NCBI RefSeq assembly: GCF_037042905.1
Contig: NC_087252.1
Location: 7,442,001 to 7,506,000, forward strand
DNA: 64,000 nucleotides
Reading direction: 5' to 3'
DNA from: Lytechinus pictus
Lineage: Eukaryota
This document shows, one piece after another, positions 11,418-24,120 of the stretch. Below the pieces are notes generated by a model. The model had not been told where the DNA came from. It saw nothing but the letters and a program-made list of their open reading frames with translations, and did not search any database. The position numbers and the translations under genes are program-made. Every line of letters starts with the position of its first letter. The first letter of the stretch is position 1.

Positions 11418-14400
11418 ATGGATCCAGGATACAGAGAGAGACAGGGCTACTATGGGAGGGATCAGGACCCACAACAGGATATCCGGCACCACCAACAGCA
11501 TCAGTTGCAACAGCAACAGCCACAACTCCTACCGCATTATGCCCACCAGTTGCCCCACCACCAGTCCCTGTTGCAGCCACACCTGCCACCGCAGCATCAG
11601 TTGCATCACACACAGCCAGCCTTCGTTCTTGACCAGGGTGATCAGGTCAGAGGTCGTGAAGACTTTGCGGGCAGGCTGACAGGATCGGCTGTCTTACAAC
11701 AAATGTTGCCCAGTGAGTATAGATTTGGTGTAATTCATAATTTGTCCATCCTCTATGATATTTACTGATTGTAGAATCATATCATTTGAACATTTGTAAT
11801 GTAGACTGGCTCGATAAATTACACACTAACATTAGACTCATATGCTAGCCTTGGGTCAGGAGCTGTCCAATGGGCTGACCGTACCAAAAAAACCTTGTTA
11901 CATCACCCCAGATTTATAACAAATACATGTCGTTGGTGACCCTGACTAGATAGGAAATTGCCCTTCTGTTCATGGTGTATTTCTTTCTTGCAGGTAGTGG
12001 ACAGGTGCTTGCAAGTAGTATGCATCGCGGTCATCCCCACTTCTCCGAACACAGTCATGCTCAGCTATCCCATCTAACCAGCCAGGCAAGCTATGTCCCA
12101 CCAACCACATCAACTCAGTTGATTGTAGATGCTTCGGCCAGTGGCAGCCAGGCTTTCATGTCCCCTCAATCCCCCACACAGCAGGATTCGTCAGACGAAC
12201 ATGATGTGGAAGAAGAAGTGGTGGAGGAACCAGTTGGTAGCATGGTCATTAACGAGAATGTCCGCGTTGTCACCGTCTCTGAACCACAGAATGCCCGCGT
12301 TGTCACACTCCCAGAACCCCAGTGTGAGCCAGTCTTGACTTCGGCAAGCAGTGCAGACATGGACACTCCCAAGAAACGGGCAGTGCGCCTAGCCCTCGCA
12401 GAGACGCAACAGAACGTTCTGACTGCTCCACAGAACTTGTTAAGGCGGGATCTGCAAGTTGTGGACCAGGATATATGGAAACCTGATATCCCGATTGGTC
12501 TGTCTCTGCAGTTCTCTCTGGATGGGAAGATTAGTGGGCTACGTTCAGAGCGGTCTTTGGAGAAGGGTGCCAGATTTGGACCTTTCAATGGCAAGCTGGT
12601 CGATGAGGCAGTCGGTTTCCAAAAGGACTCCTCTTGGGAGGTTTGTAACTCGATACTTTTTTGGGATTGTGGCAGAATCACAATTTGTCAGAACCTTACC
12701 CACCATATCAGCCGTTTTATTTTCAGAGATTACATTACAAATAATCAACAATTTTCAGTGGATGACATATATATACACAGTCAGTCGGCAAGCCCTGAAA
12801 AAGTAGCTCTTTTATCCAAGTGATATTTATGACTAGAGGGTTTTTGCATAGTTAATGAGCATGGTGCGAACCAAAACACCTCTTTTTATTCGGCCATTGC
12901 TGCTCTAAATATTGACCAAATTTCATGTTTTTGGTATCTTTGTAAAGAAGAAGAATAATTCTTTTAGGTCATGTGTTTGGATTTTTAAAAGGATGTTGTA
13001 ATATAGGGAAAACTTTCGATCTAAAACATGAAACAAAATAATTTTTTCATGCAAGAAAAGTTGTTGTTTTCACACTTAATTTCTGTTTGAGCACAAATGA
13101 TTTTTAGATCATGATACAGCTGAATATTTAAGCTTTGATATGATATAATTTTTATAAGAAGCTGTATTTTAGATGGGTCAGCAGCCAGCTTTTCATAGGC
13201 CAAGTACATTTAGCAGCTCAAAAAATAGAATACTGTGCTCTGATTGGTCATAGAGACCACACACCCACGCAAATTCCAATGTTCCCCTCACTGGGCATCT
13301 GCGAGGTCACACTCACCATGTGGTAATCTCTTCAAATTACCCGCGCCTGTTGTGTTGAAAACATTATTCAGCCAATCAGAACTCTGGATTTTATGTTACT
13401 CAGAAATTTCAGAAATCTCGTCTTGCATCGTGATGGAAAAAGCTGGCTGCTGACCCATCTAAAAGATGCCACATATCAAGAGTGACATTGTAAGAAAGTA
13501 TAGAGTTTGAGCTTTCTGATGATATAAATAATGTTGGTGCCTAAAACACAAAATGTTGCACAATTTGCAAGTGAAAACAGAGGAAGAAAATTCTTTTTGA
13601 TGCATCTTTTCAGGTAAAAAATTCACTTATTTATCAAAATATTTCATTCAAAAGAAATGACCAATATAAAAGAGTAACATTTACTCTTGCCCATGGTACA
13701 AAAATAATCAATATTACTCAAGGAGAAAGTGGTTAAATTCTTTGAGAAAGAAAGTCTCACAATTCACGAGATTTTGCAGGGACATGAATTCAGCCACGAG
13801 AGGACTTGGATAAATCTTGCTTATTTGCTCATTAACACAGGGGCTTGCCGACTGACTGTACATGTTTAAAGTGAATGAAAAACTGCAAAGAATCAAGAAA
13901 CTTGAGACATACTGGTTGAAGATGAATTGGATGAGATCATTGTAGTATAGATGCTTGTAATATAATCTATAATTTTAAGCCCATTGTCATTTCAGCTTTG
14001 TATGCGGGGGAAGGTATTCTTCTACGTCGATGGTCAGAACAAAAGTCACAACAACTGGATGGCTTTCGTTGAGAGTGCCAACTCCGAAGAAGAACAGAAC
14101 CTGGAAGCATTCCAGTCCTACGGGGATATTTACTTCAGAACCACAAAGGTCGTTGAACCAGGAAGTGAACTGAAGGTGTTCTACAGTGACGAGTATGCTA
14201 ATCATGTCGGCTTCAAGAAGAAACTGAGTGATCTGCAGTTAAAAAGTGGTAGGATTCTTAAGAGTTTGTGGTGTTTAGTGTTTCACATTGCTGGTTGTTG
14301 CTATCTATTTCTACTGTATTTTTAAAAGGGAGCTTTTAATAATATGATAGAATGAACGATGACAGGGATGTTTGCCTCATGTAGAAGTTCATCGCTCATG

Positions 14401-16806
14401 TCACCATCAGGACTATTAAAGGGCAGTAAGCATGTGATTCTTATATGTTGATCTGTTTTTACAATTTTGCCATACTCGGTATTCAGCCTAGATTTCAGGC
14501 ATGTAAACTACAAGTATTCCAGAGTTAAAGGTCAAGTCCACCCCAGAAAATTGTTCATTTGAATAAATAGAGAAAAATCAAACTAGCATAACGCTGAAAA
14601 TTTCATCAAAATCGGATGTAAAATAAGAAAGTTATGGCACTTTAAAGTTTCTCTTATTTTGCACAAAACAGTGATATTCACAAGTCAGTGCCATGTAAAT
14701 GATCAGTCGATGATGTCCATCACTCACTATTGCTTTTGTTTTTTATTGATTGATTTATACATGATTTTATTTTTTACAGATTTGACAATAAGAACCAAGT
14801 TGACTGAACCATATAGTATTAAACAATGCTAATTCCACATGTTCAAGAGGAATTAATCATTGTTTCACTTGACAATGAGAAGAAAAATATAATATTTCAT
14901 ATAATAGAATACAAAAGAAACAGTGAGTGGATGACGTCATCAGTTTCCTCATTCGCATACCAATCACGATGTGCATATAACTGTTTTGTGACATGAAGTG
15001 AAACTTTATTAACTTTCTTTATATTTTACATCTGATTTTGATAAAAATTTTAGTGTTATGCTTGTTGGATTTTTCTCTTTTTATTCAAATCAACTTTTTG
15101 TTGGGGTGGACTTGTCCTTTAACAAGATCATGTTCTGTGATGTTTTGGTAACAGTTGACATCGATTTCATAGAAATTCTCTCATTTGTCACAGCGACTAC
15201 TTTGAGTTAAGCGTTGAATTTCAAAACCTTGCCGCAAAAAAATAAATGTAGGTACTATTTAAGATTTAAAAATGGAGATTTCTTTACACTTTCCACAGAT
15301 TCTCAGGTCTTTCCCTGCGGTTCCTGCGACCAATCTTACCCTTCAGCTAAACGACTTCTGAGGCACTTGAAGATCAGTCATGACCCTGACAGGGCCAATG
15401 ATTTACGTCCTGTTTTGACGTGGCAGCCACGTACCAATTCAGAGAATGCTGAGAATGAGAAACCTGTCATTGCTAAACCGGTCAAGTCTTCTTCCCCAAC
15501 CAGCAAGAAGACCCAGGTGTTGACCACAAACAGTTCCAGCATGGTCGAAGAGAGGTTTATCTGCACGACTTGTGGCAAGAACTTCCTGACCCGTGGGAGG
15601 CTTGCTGCCCATGAAACCTTCCATGATTACAGCGAGGAACACATTTGCAATATATGCGGCGAAAGCTTTACCAACTCCAACACTCTTGCCAAGCACATGG
15701 TGACCCACAAGGCCAAACCTTACAAGTGCCAATCCTGCGGGAATGCCTTCACGACAAGAAACATGCTGAGTCGCCATGAGAGGCTCTCGCACACGTTCAA
15801 CCACAAGTGCCGGGTGTGCGGGATGCAGTTTGTGAAGAAGCGTGAGTGTAATAGGCACGAAAAGATTCACCCAGATTGGAGGAATTTCAGGTCTGTGCAA
15901 ATTAAACCTGAAAAACGGTCAAGATTGAAAAAAGTGGTTCAAAGCGATGAAGATGATGATGTTGAAGAAGGGGAGTTTGATTTTCTGAACACTAATGAAG
16001 CAAAGGAGGTAGTTGAGGCTCAAGAGGAGGAGGAAGAAGAAGAGAACAATTCAAACCTTCCGAAAGACATGCTTGGGAAAAGAGTTAATTATTATGATCG
16101 ACCAAGACCTTATAAATGCCAATTTTGTCCAAAGCGGTATCTCTCAAAGAAGGCTAAACTTGATCACGAAGCTGAGAGACACACCAAGAAGTGCCGCTTC
16201 AAGTGCACGCACTGCCCATCAGTATTCGCAACTGAGATTCGATATGTAGAGCACGTGAAGCGGCACATCGAGAACCGTCCATTCCACTGTGCCCTCTGTC
16301 CCATGACCTTCGCATCGGAGAGTGCCCTCAAGAACCATCAAGGAGAGCACACTGGTCTCAAACCCGTCAAGTGCGACATCTGTGGGAAAGGTTTCCGGAC
16401 GCGTCACTTCATGACCGCCCATAAACGCAGAATGCACAAGGTCCAACAGATGCGATTCGCCTGCTCCTACTGCAACAAACCCTTCTCCGACAAAGGAAAC
16501 CTCATCAAGCACGAACGGCGCCACAAGGGCATCCGACCTTACGTCTGTCTCATCTGCGGTCAAGGTTTCACCAGCAACTACTGCTTAATCTCCCATAACT
16601 ACACACACACCAAAGAGAGGCCCTTCCAGTGCCCGCATTGTGACCAGAAATTCACTCTTAACCAGCATCTTACAAACCATATGTACAAGGAACATACTTC
16701 GCATGGGAAACCACAGAAAACCCAAGCTCCTGCAACTCAGAATGCAGCCACCATTCCTGCCACTCGACTTGTCAATGTTCCAATGCAGCCACAAATGCAG
16801 CTCTAG
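11418..16806 (+). CDS. PRDM-like PR/SET + C2H2 zinc-finger protein, gene A (~900 aa); coding exons 11418-11712, 11994-12640, 13996-14248, 15299-16806
   Basis: All introns are GT-AG with phases 1,0,1; total 2703 nt, open. PR/SET motifs FGPFNG, NWMAFV, EEQNLEAFQ, IYFRT and GSELKVFY. Twelve C2H2 fingers (1+4+7). Q/H-rich N-terminus. Confidence 0.9.
13168..13464. repeat. Inverted repeat (probable MITE interior) in gene A intron
   Basis: TTTTAGATGGGTCAGCAGCCAGCTTTT pairs with AAAAGCTGGCTGCTGACCCATCTAAAA. Confidence 0.6.
14529..15118. mobile_element. 590-bp TTAA-target MITE (Kolobok-like)
   Basis: TTAA|AGGTCAAGTCCACCCCA ... TGGGGTGGACTTGTCCT|TTAA. Second copy at 25819-26408. Confidence 0.85.
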
Positions 16807-17280
16807 CTTCTTTATGATGAGCACTGAGAAGTACCGTTTGTTATGGTGGAGATGATTGTCTCTATATTCATTTACCTCATTGTTGCTCTGTCAAGATTTG
16901 TGAAATCAATATCAAGAATGAATGAATCCATTAGCTAATTGAGCCAGACCCACTAACACAAATGTTAACAATCAATTCCAAACTATTGCAATTTTATAAA
17001 TTATGAAAATTAAGGTCCATTTTATTTATATGGGTTACTGAAAATCTTCATTAAAAGAAAAAAAAAGTTGGATGGTTTCATTAGGGTTGTTCGTGTTGCG
17101 TCAAACAATCCTTTTTTTAACCATCCCACTAGTTGTAGGAAACAGTGCCCTATCTTGCCATTCTTTAGCTTCCTCATATAATCATTTCCAAGAAAGTGCA
17201 CCCAGATCAGTCATTTGTTTGCTTTCCCCCAAAGATATTTGTTTATACATGTATGATTATTATTATCTATTGCTTAGTAG

Positions 17281-17622
17281 TTTTGTCTCGCCCACCAGAG
17301 GTGAAGGCGAGACTAAGGGATCGAAATGTTGTCCGTCCGTCACAAACCTTATGACACATAACTCCACAACCGTAAGTCACTTTTCAACCAAACTTGGATG
17401 GTAGAAGTACTTAGGCGACCTGTATGTTATGCTGCAGTCGGAGGTCTTATGGTATGGTCAAAGTTCATTTTAAGGTCAACATTAAAGTTTATGTGCAAGA
17501 CTCTTATGACAAGTGTTATTCCATCCCAGTCATTTCACAATGAAGTTTTGATACAATTCTGTTGCGTGCCCTCTGGTTATTTTCATAAGTGGGCGAGACA
17601 CAAAATCGCTTTTGCCTTGTTT
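17281..17622 (+). mobile_element. Short Helentron-associated (DINE-1/HINE-like) element
   Basis: subTIR GTCTCGCCCAC (17285), partial IR GGCGAGAC (17306), GTCC microsatellite, 3' subTIR GTGGGCGAGAC (17589) and T-rich flanks. Confidence 0.75.
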
Positions 17623-17976
17623 GGTATTTCTTTCATAATTCATTCTCATATGACCAGGGGAGCCTTCCATGAAAGAAACTCAACAGTGATTTTTCACTGG
17701 CTATTGTTAAAAGCTACTGAAATCCTTGCATCTGATTGGCTCAGAGCAAATAATTCATTGAAAATCACTGACAAGATGCTTTATGAACCCCTTCCTCCCT
17801 AGAATTAAAGTTGATCTTTATAGGGACTAATCTAACTTGAGGAAAATATTTCACCAGTATTCTGTACAATTCCTTCTGTGAAAGCTGCTACATAAGGAAC
17901 CACTTTCCGAGCTGCTAGGTTTACTACAGGAAAGATAAAGGCTCTGACTTTTGACAAGATACCTAAAAGACATATT

Positions 17977-18272
17977 GGCCCATATTCTGAAGTCTGGTTT
18001 TAAGTTGTTGTTTAACTATGGAAAGCCAGTTGGTACATAAATCTCTTAACAGTAGAGGTTCAATGTATCAGCTCATTTGACTCCCAAAGCATTGTAAACT
18101 GCCTGGGAAGGATAAGTATGACAATTGCCTTCACCATTAAAGAATTAGTAAAGAGCACAGTAAATATGACAAGCATTCACTGTAAACAAAATTTTGAAAC
18201 TTTTGGCTTCCCATAATTTTAGCACAGAGTTAGACCATGGTCTAAGTTAAACTCGACTTCAGAATACGGGCC
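17977..18272. mobile_element. Harbinger-like MITE
   Basis: ATT|GGCCCATATTCTGAAGTC ... GACTTCAGAATACGGGCC|ATT. A related copy lies at ~56772-57075. Confidence 0.8.
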
Positions 18273-18311
18273 ATTGAGTAGTATTCGTACAAAATACACT
18301 AACTTGCCGCA

Positions 18312-18675
18312 AGCCCAGCGCCCACTATGCGACGGGATTGCACTAAGCCAGTCCACATATTGCAACAGCTCTGCAATGTGCTGTGTAACAATGACAGTTA
18401 ATTGTCTCCATGGCGCCTCTTCTTTTACGTGTGTGTTGTCTGCGCTTCGGCATCGCCGCGAATTGGCCATGAAGTCATTGTCTAGGGCAAATCGGATTGG
18501 ATGAGATTAGCAAAATCGCAGAAAGATTTGACATGTCAAATGTCTGAGATTTGGTCTGCGATCCTACTGCAACAAAGCAAGTCGCAGTTGCAGCATGTTG
18601 TAGGTTGGTGCACACTCTGTGATTTTGTTGCAATGGGATCTCGGTGCAATAGCATCGCATAGTGTGCGCTGGGCT
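18312..18675. mobile_element. MITE (Harbinger-like ends)
   Basis: AGCCCAGCGCCCACTATGCGA / TCGCATAGTGTGCGCTGGGCT. Confidence 0.75.
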
Positions 18676-19059
18676 TTATATATTCTTGATTTTTGGTAAA
18701 TGATCTTTCTTTGATGAATTTTTGCAGTATTTTGAACGAAATCAATCTGATGTGGCGGTAATTTTGGTATAAAAGGAAGGTGGTCAGGTGGATGCTGCCC
18801 ACTTCCTCAAATAATGAACCACAAAGTCAATAAAAACTCACTTCTTTATAATTTATATGTCATAACATTGTGTACATGGGACAATATATGTATAGCATGT
18901 GAGGGTACATAGCAAATTGCCATGGTAAACGAGGAAAATGATATCCTACTTTACAATCACGTTATGTCAGTAATGACTACATAATTTATATTATGTGTAC
19001 TGTAATTTGATTGCAAAACTCAACAATTGATTGTATTCTAACCTGAGATGATTCAGTTA

Positions 19060-19299
19060 CAGTTGTGCGCCAAAGTTAGTGAACCCCACCACAAAATGCA
19101 CTCCTTCATGTTGAGTGTTGAATGGAGACAACAACACTACAATGTTCGGCGAGCCCAGAGAAACAAAGTTTATTGAATGAAATTTTTTATCCCCTCACTT
19201 TACAATTAGACATATACATGCATGTAAAACATGGCAGAACTTGAACACTTTAAATATGTCCATTTTCTGCAGGGGCTCACTAAGTTTTGAGCACCACTG
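19060..19299. mobile_element. Tc1/mariner-type MITE
   Basis: TA|CAGTTGTGCGCCAAAGTTAGTGAACCCC ... GGGGCTCACTAAGTTTTGAGCACCACTG|TA. Confidence 0.7.
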
Positions 19300-19542
19300 T
19301 ATCTATTTTTGTTTTTTTATAACATGTCCTGTTGATATGTTCTGTACAAAGATTCTAGTGTCATTTGCCATCTTTATCCTACTCTAACTTGTACAATTGT
19401 ATGTATTTTATGATTGTAATGTTCATGCTGTCAATGTCTGTGTAACAAAGGCCAAGATAAAAGACTAAATTGTTTTTATTCACGCAACAATGTACATTGT
19501 ATAGATCTCTGTATTTATTTCATTTCAAATCTGGTGACAGAC

Positions 19543-19872
19543 CAGGGGTCCGTAACACAAAGGTTAGCGATTGATCGCTAATTTCAAAGGACAATTCTGA
19601 TTGGTTCATAGTCAGTCTACTTAGCAAAATGCACATGCAACGATGATCTTAATTGGTCATTTTATTTAGCGATTAGTCGCAAACCTTTGTGTTAAGGCGC
19701 CCTGGTGGGTATTTCATAAAGCTGTTCGTAAGTTACATTTTAGAACAACTGGTGATCCTTTCTTGTGGAAAATTGGACATTCATTGGCGATGGTTAAGCG
19801 CGTAAGAAAGGTTCACCGGTCGTTCTTAAAGTCGCTTTTAACTTACGAACAGCTTTATGAAACAGCCCCCTG
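19543..19872. mobile_element. Two abutting small palindromic MITEs (~19543-19704 and ~19702-19872)
   Basis: TAACACAAAGGTTAGCGA / TCGCAAACCTTTGTGTTA, and TTTCATAAAGCTGTTCGTAAGT / ACTTACGAACAGCTTTATGAAA. Confidence 0.7.
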
Positions 19873-20121
19873 GGTTTTAGAGTCGCGAAATGTAGATTGA
19901 TGCTATGGGAAAATGCGTTTGTGTCCTGAGCGTTGAACCTTCAACTCTTGAATGCAAGGTCAGGAGTCCCCACTTCTTCTTTGCTCCATTTGGGTGGGGA
20001 GGGTTTACTGTCATTACAAGTTGGAAATCATCCTTCCACCTTAAACAACTTGAAATATATCTCATTTTCATGATAGTGTGAAAATATGAATACCCTTCTA
20101 CATGTATTAGGCTGTTGAAAG

Positions 20122-20335
20122 CAGTGGCAGATCCAGGGGGGGGGGGCACATCCTACTTGTGCCCCTCCCCCTTTTGTAAAGAAAAATTGAAATTTGTAAT
20201 GTAAAAATGCCATTAAAACAGAAGTGTGCCCCCCCCCCTTTTTGAAAGTGCTGCCCATTTTTTTTTTTTGCCTGTCAAAGTATTCCTCAGAAAAATGTGC
20301 CCCCCCCCCTTTGGAAAATTCTGGATCCGTCCCTG
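20122..20335. mobile_element. hAT-like MITE
   Basis: CAGTGGCAGATCCAG / CTGGATCCGTCCCTG ends. The 8-bp flanks GTTGAAAG and GTTGGAAG match 7/8. Confidence 0.7.
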
Positions 20336-21156
20336 GTTGGAAGGTATTCCATTTTCTCATGATTTTGACAAATTGATATCCTTTTCACTGTATACGATAC
20401 TTTGCTTTGCCTTGAAAGAGCCCTTTTTTATGTACTTCTTACAGCATGATATCAGACCAGTAATGATAGCTCTCCCTCAGGATATAAACGTGGCTCTCCT
20501 TAAATTACAGTATTTTAAAGTTAATCCAGATAATCTATATGCGCATGGTTATTGACCAACTAAATGTAAATAGATGAGATTTAAATCGTGAAAATGATAT
20601 AGGTCAATTTGCAGTTTAACAATTAAACTTCAGGATTTAAATCTAAACTTGCAGAGAGGATGTGAAACGGAAAAGAAGGGGAATCTTGCCATCCATTGGA
20701 AAACGTTACATATCCATTGGGTACTCTTTGCATACATGTTTCATACGCTATATATCCATCGAGCATCCGTCCACTGTGATTTCATTGTTCGCCCATTTTG
20801 TCCATTCTCTGGAGTGGATGAAAACGGATGGAGCCACCCTGAAATTTTGCTTGTCCGCTGTATCCGTTATGAATACATGTGGACCAGGCCTTAACATTTC
20901 ATAATGTATGAACAAGCATTCTTATTTTGATATTGATAAGGATTATTTGATTTGGTTTGGATTGATCTAGGACATTTAGAAGGATAGGAACATGATGAAT
21001 TCAGCAGAGCAATGAAATATTGGAGAGAATGGGGTTGGAGAGGGAGTAAAGGTATGTGTGAGTAAGAAAGAAAGAGAGAGAGAGATTGGAGATGGAGAAA
21101 GAAAGAGAGAGGAAAAAGTGGGAAATAGAGAAGGGTGAGAGAGAGAGAGAAGGTGT

Positions 21157-21430
21157 GTCATCGTCAACATCATCATCATCATCTCCACCATCAGCATCAC
21201 CACCACTACCATCAACATCACCACCACCATCAGCATCACCACCACTACCATCATCATTATCAACATCACCACCACCACTACCATTATCATTGTCAAAATC
21301 ATCACGACCACCACTACCATTATCAACATCACCGCCACCATCATCACCACCACTACCATCATTATCAACATCACCGCCACCATCATCACCACCACTACCA
21401 TCATTATCAACATCACCACCACCATCATCT
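21157..21430. repeat. (CAC/CAT)n microsatellite with ~42-bp superperiod
   Basis: Read directly. The poly-His, poly-Ser/Pro and poly-Met/Val ORFs here are by-products. Confidence 0.9.
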
Positions 21431-21441
21431 TTTTATTTTCA

Positions 21442-24120
21442 TTGTTTTACATAACCCTATGTACATTCCATTTACAATTTGCTTATCTTTATTTTTATCA
21501 CAACTTTGGGTATTTCGCTCAATATGAAAGGTTTAACATGGTGTTTCAACGGGTATTAAAAGGTTCTCAAGACCAATTGTCACTCACTTTCCTTGATCAG
21601 CCTAAAGATATTGATTTACCTTCATGTGAGATATGAAAGAACAGCTGAGGTCTAATCATCTTTCATCTTGATGCAGGGTCATCTTCTGGACATTTTGACA
21701 GGAGTGTTAGATCAAATTTTAAGTATAATTTTTTCATTTGCTACATTTATTTTGATTTTTTTCTTTTTCTTCTTTTTCTTCTTCCTCTCCTCATTCTTCT
21801 CCTTCTTCTCCTCTTTTTTTGTTTCTTCCTCTCTTCCTCCTCTTCTCCGTCTTCTTCCCCTTCTCATCAATAATATATTATTATCACTATTATGATTATT
21901 ATTAAATTCTTCTTCTTCTTCTCCTTCTTGTCTTCCCCTTCTTCTCCTTCTTCCCCCTTCTCATTCTTCTTATTATCAGTAATATATTATTATCATTTTT
22001 ATTATTCTTATCATAATTATTTATATTTGGAGGGTTGGGCAGATAGTGAAAAGGACCTTAAGTTAACGTGGTAGTACGTTAATTTAATCTTTGGATATTT
22101 GCAATGTGATTTTGGGGAAAAGGTGAAAGAAAAAAGAAAAAAAACTACAAAAACAAAGAATATGAAAGAGATGGTGGATGAAAGTTTAATAGAAGACAGA
22201 AAGCAAACTTTTAAATATTTTGTTATTTCCTCTCCTTTTTTGCCTTTCTCTTTTTCCCATATACATGTACAGTGCGTCCCAGAAAAAACGAAACCGAGAT
22301 TTAGCGATGATTTATCATAACTTAATCACAAATACAATAGACAAATGACCTACCAATGTAAAGCTTAGAATCTCCTCTTTCATCTGATATTACTTAGATT
22401 CATTCTCATTCACGCATGAGTGAGCAAAAACAATTTGAAGAAAGGATACCAAAAACTAATTTGGCGGGGGTATCTGAATTTTAAATAGAAAACCACATGC
22501 CTAAAAAGTTCAATATCTGCTCTTTAATTTGATACCTTAATCACAAAAAAATGGTCAAGAAGTAAAAAAGTTACGTTCCATCGAAACAATGCTTGTATTT
22601 CCATAATTTCATTAAATAAACGTGTTTTCACCGGTTTCCCACAGAAGCTATCGCATGGTTAACAAAAGACTTCATGCATGGCTGATCGTCAACAAAACGG
22701 AGTGTCGAGTGAGTTTGAACGATAGCCTATAAAACCTCTTCATTTTATGAAATTATTGAAATTCAAGCCTTATTTCAAATAACCAGAACTTTCTTATTTC
22801 TTGACCATTTTCTGTAATTGAGGTATCAAATTAAAGAGCAGATATTGAACTTTTTAGAAATGTGGTTTTCTTTTTGAAACCCAGATACAGCCCGCCAAAT
22901 GACTTTTTGGTATCCCCTCTTCAAATTGTTTTTGCTCACTCATGCTTGAATGAGAAATAATCTAAGTAATTTCAGATGAAAGAGGAGATTCTAAGCTTTA
23001 CAATGGTAGGTCATTTGTCTATTGTATTTGTGATTAAGTTATGATAAATTATCGCTAAATCTCGGTTTCGTTTTTTCTGGGACGCACTGTATATACATTC
23101 CCCTTTCCTCTATCTTCACTTATTGCCCCCTTAGATCCCATCGAAGGAAAAGTGTTATTAGCAGAATCAATTTTGTATTCCTTCCTTGTTTTACATACCC
23201 TGTGTACAATCCATTTACAATTTGCTTATCTTTATTCCATCACAACTTTGGGTATTTTGCTCAATATATGAAAGCTTTAACATGTTTCTCAAGAACAATT
23301 GTCGCTCATACTCTCCTTGATCAGCCTAAAGATAGTGATTTACCTTCATGTGAGATATGAAAGAACAGCTTTTGGACATTTTGACAGGAGAGTTAGATCA
23401 AATTTTAAGTATAATTTTTTTTATTAGATTTTTTTTCATTTGCTACATTTAATTTGATTTTCATTATTTATTCTCCTTCTTCGTCTTCTCCCTCTCCTTC
23501 CTCTTCTTCTCTTTCTTCTTCTTTTTCTTCTTCTCCTCCTTCCTCTTCTCCTTGTTCTTCCTCTTGTTCTTCCTCTTCTTTTTCCTCTTCTTTTCATTCT
23601 TCTTCCTCTACTTCTTCCTCTTTTTCTTCTTCTTCTCCTCCTTCCTCTTCTCCTTGTTCTTCTTTTTCTTCCTCTTTTTCTCATTCTTCCTCTTCTCCTT
23701 TTTTTCTTCCTCTTCCTCTTCTCCTTCTCCCCCTTCTTCTTCTCATTATTAATATATTATTATTATTAATTCAGTTTGGGGGTTGGGAGGTTAGTGAAAA
23801 GGACCTTAAGTTAACATTTGTAGGATTTTCATTCAATCTTTAGTAATTTGAAATGCAGTTTTGGGGAAAAGGTAAAAGAAAAAACTATAAAAAAAAAAAA
23901 AAAAAAAGAATGTGAAAGAGATGGGAGAGATGATGGATGAAAGTTTAATAGAAGACAGAAAGCAAAAAAATGTTGTTTTGTTATTTCCTCTTTTTTTTGC
24001 CTTTCTCTTTTTCCTATATATTTACATTCCCCTTTCCTTCATCTTCACTCATTGCCCGCTTAGATACCATCTGAGGAAAAAATACAAATACATGCTGATT
24101 AAGTGTTATTGGCAGAATCA
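21442..24120. repeat. Tandem duplication of a ~0.9-kb unit containing (CTT)n tracts: copy 1 at 21442-~23165 (with MITE), copy 2 at 23186-~24120
   Basis: Shared blocks include CCATTTACAATTTGCTTATCTTTATT, GATTTACCTTCATGTGAGATATGAAAGAACAGCT, GTGAAAAGGACCTTAAGTTAAC and GGATGAAAGTTTAATAGAAGACAGAAAGCAAA. Confidence 0.85.
22270..23089. mobile_element. Tc1/mariner-type MITE with long (~295 bp) TIRs
   Basis: TA|CAGTGCGTCCCAGAAAAAACGAAACCGAGATTTAGCGAT ... ATCGCTAAATCTCGGTTTCGTTTTTTCTGGGACGCACTG|TA. The empty site is present in the duplicate copy (~24015). Confidence 0.92.

Noticed and set aside
15378..16855. Antisense and alternate-frame ORFs over the zinc-finger exons (also at 29765-31106 and 43549-44713)
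   Set aside because: They are shadow ORFs of real coding exons.
20976..21527. Poly-His, Ser/Pro and Met/Val ORFs
   Set aside because: They are translations of a (CAC/CAT)n microsatellite, open in several frames, with no splice or domain support.
23436..23843. Protamine-like Arg-rich and Ser-rich ORFs
   Set aside because: They come from a (CTT)n/(CCT)n tract inside a local duplication.
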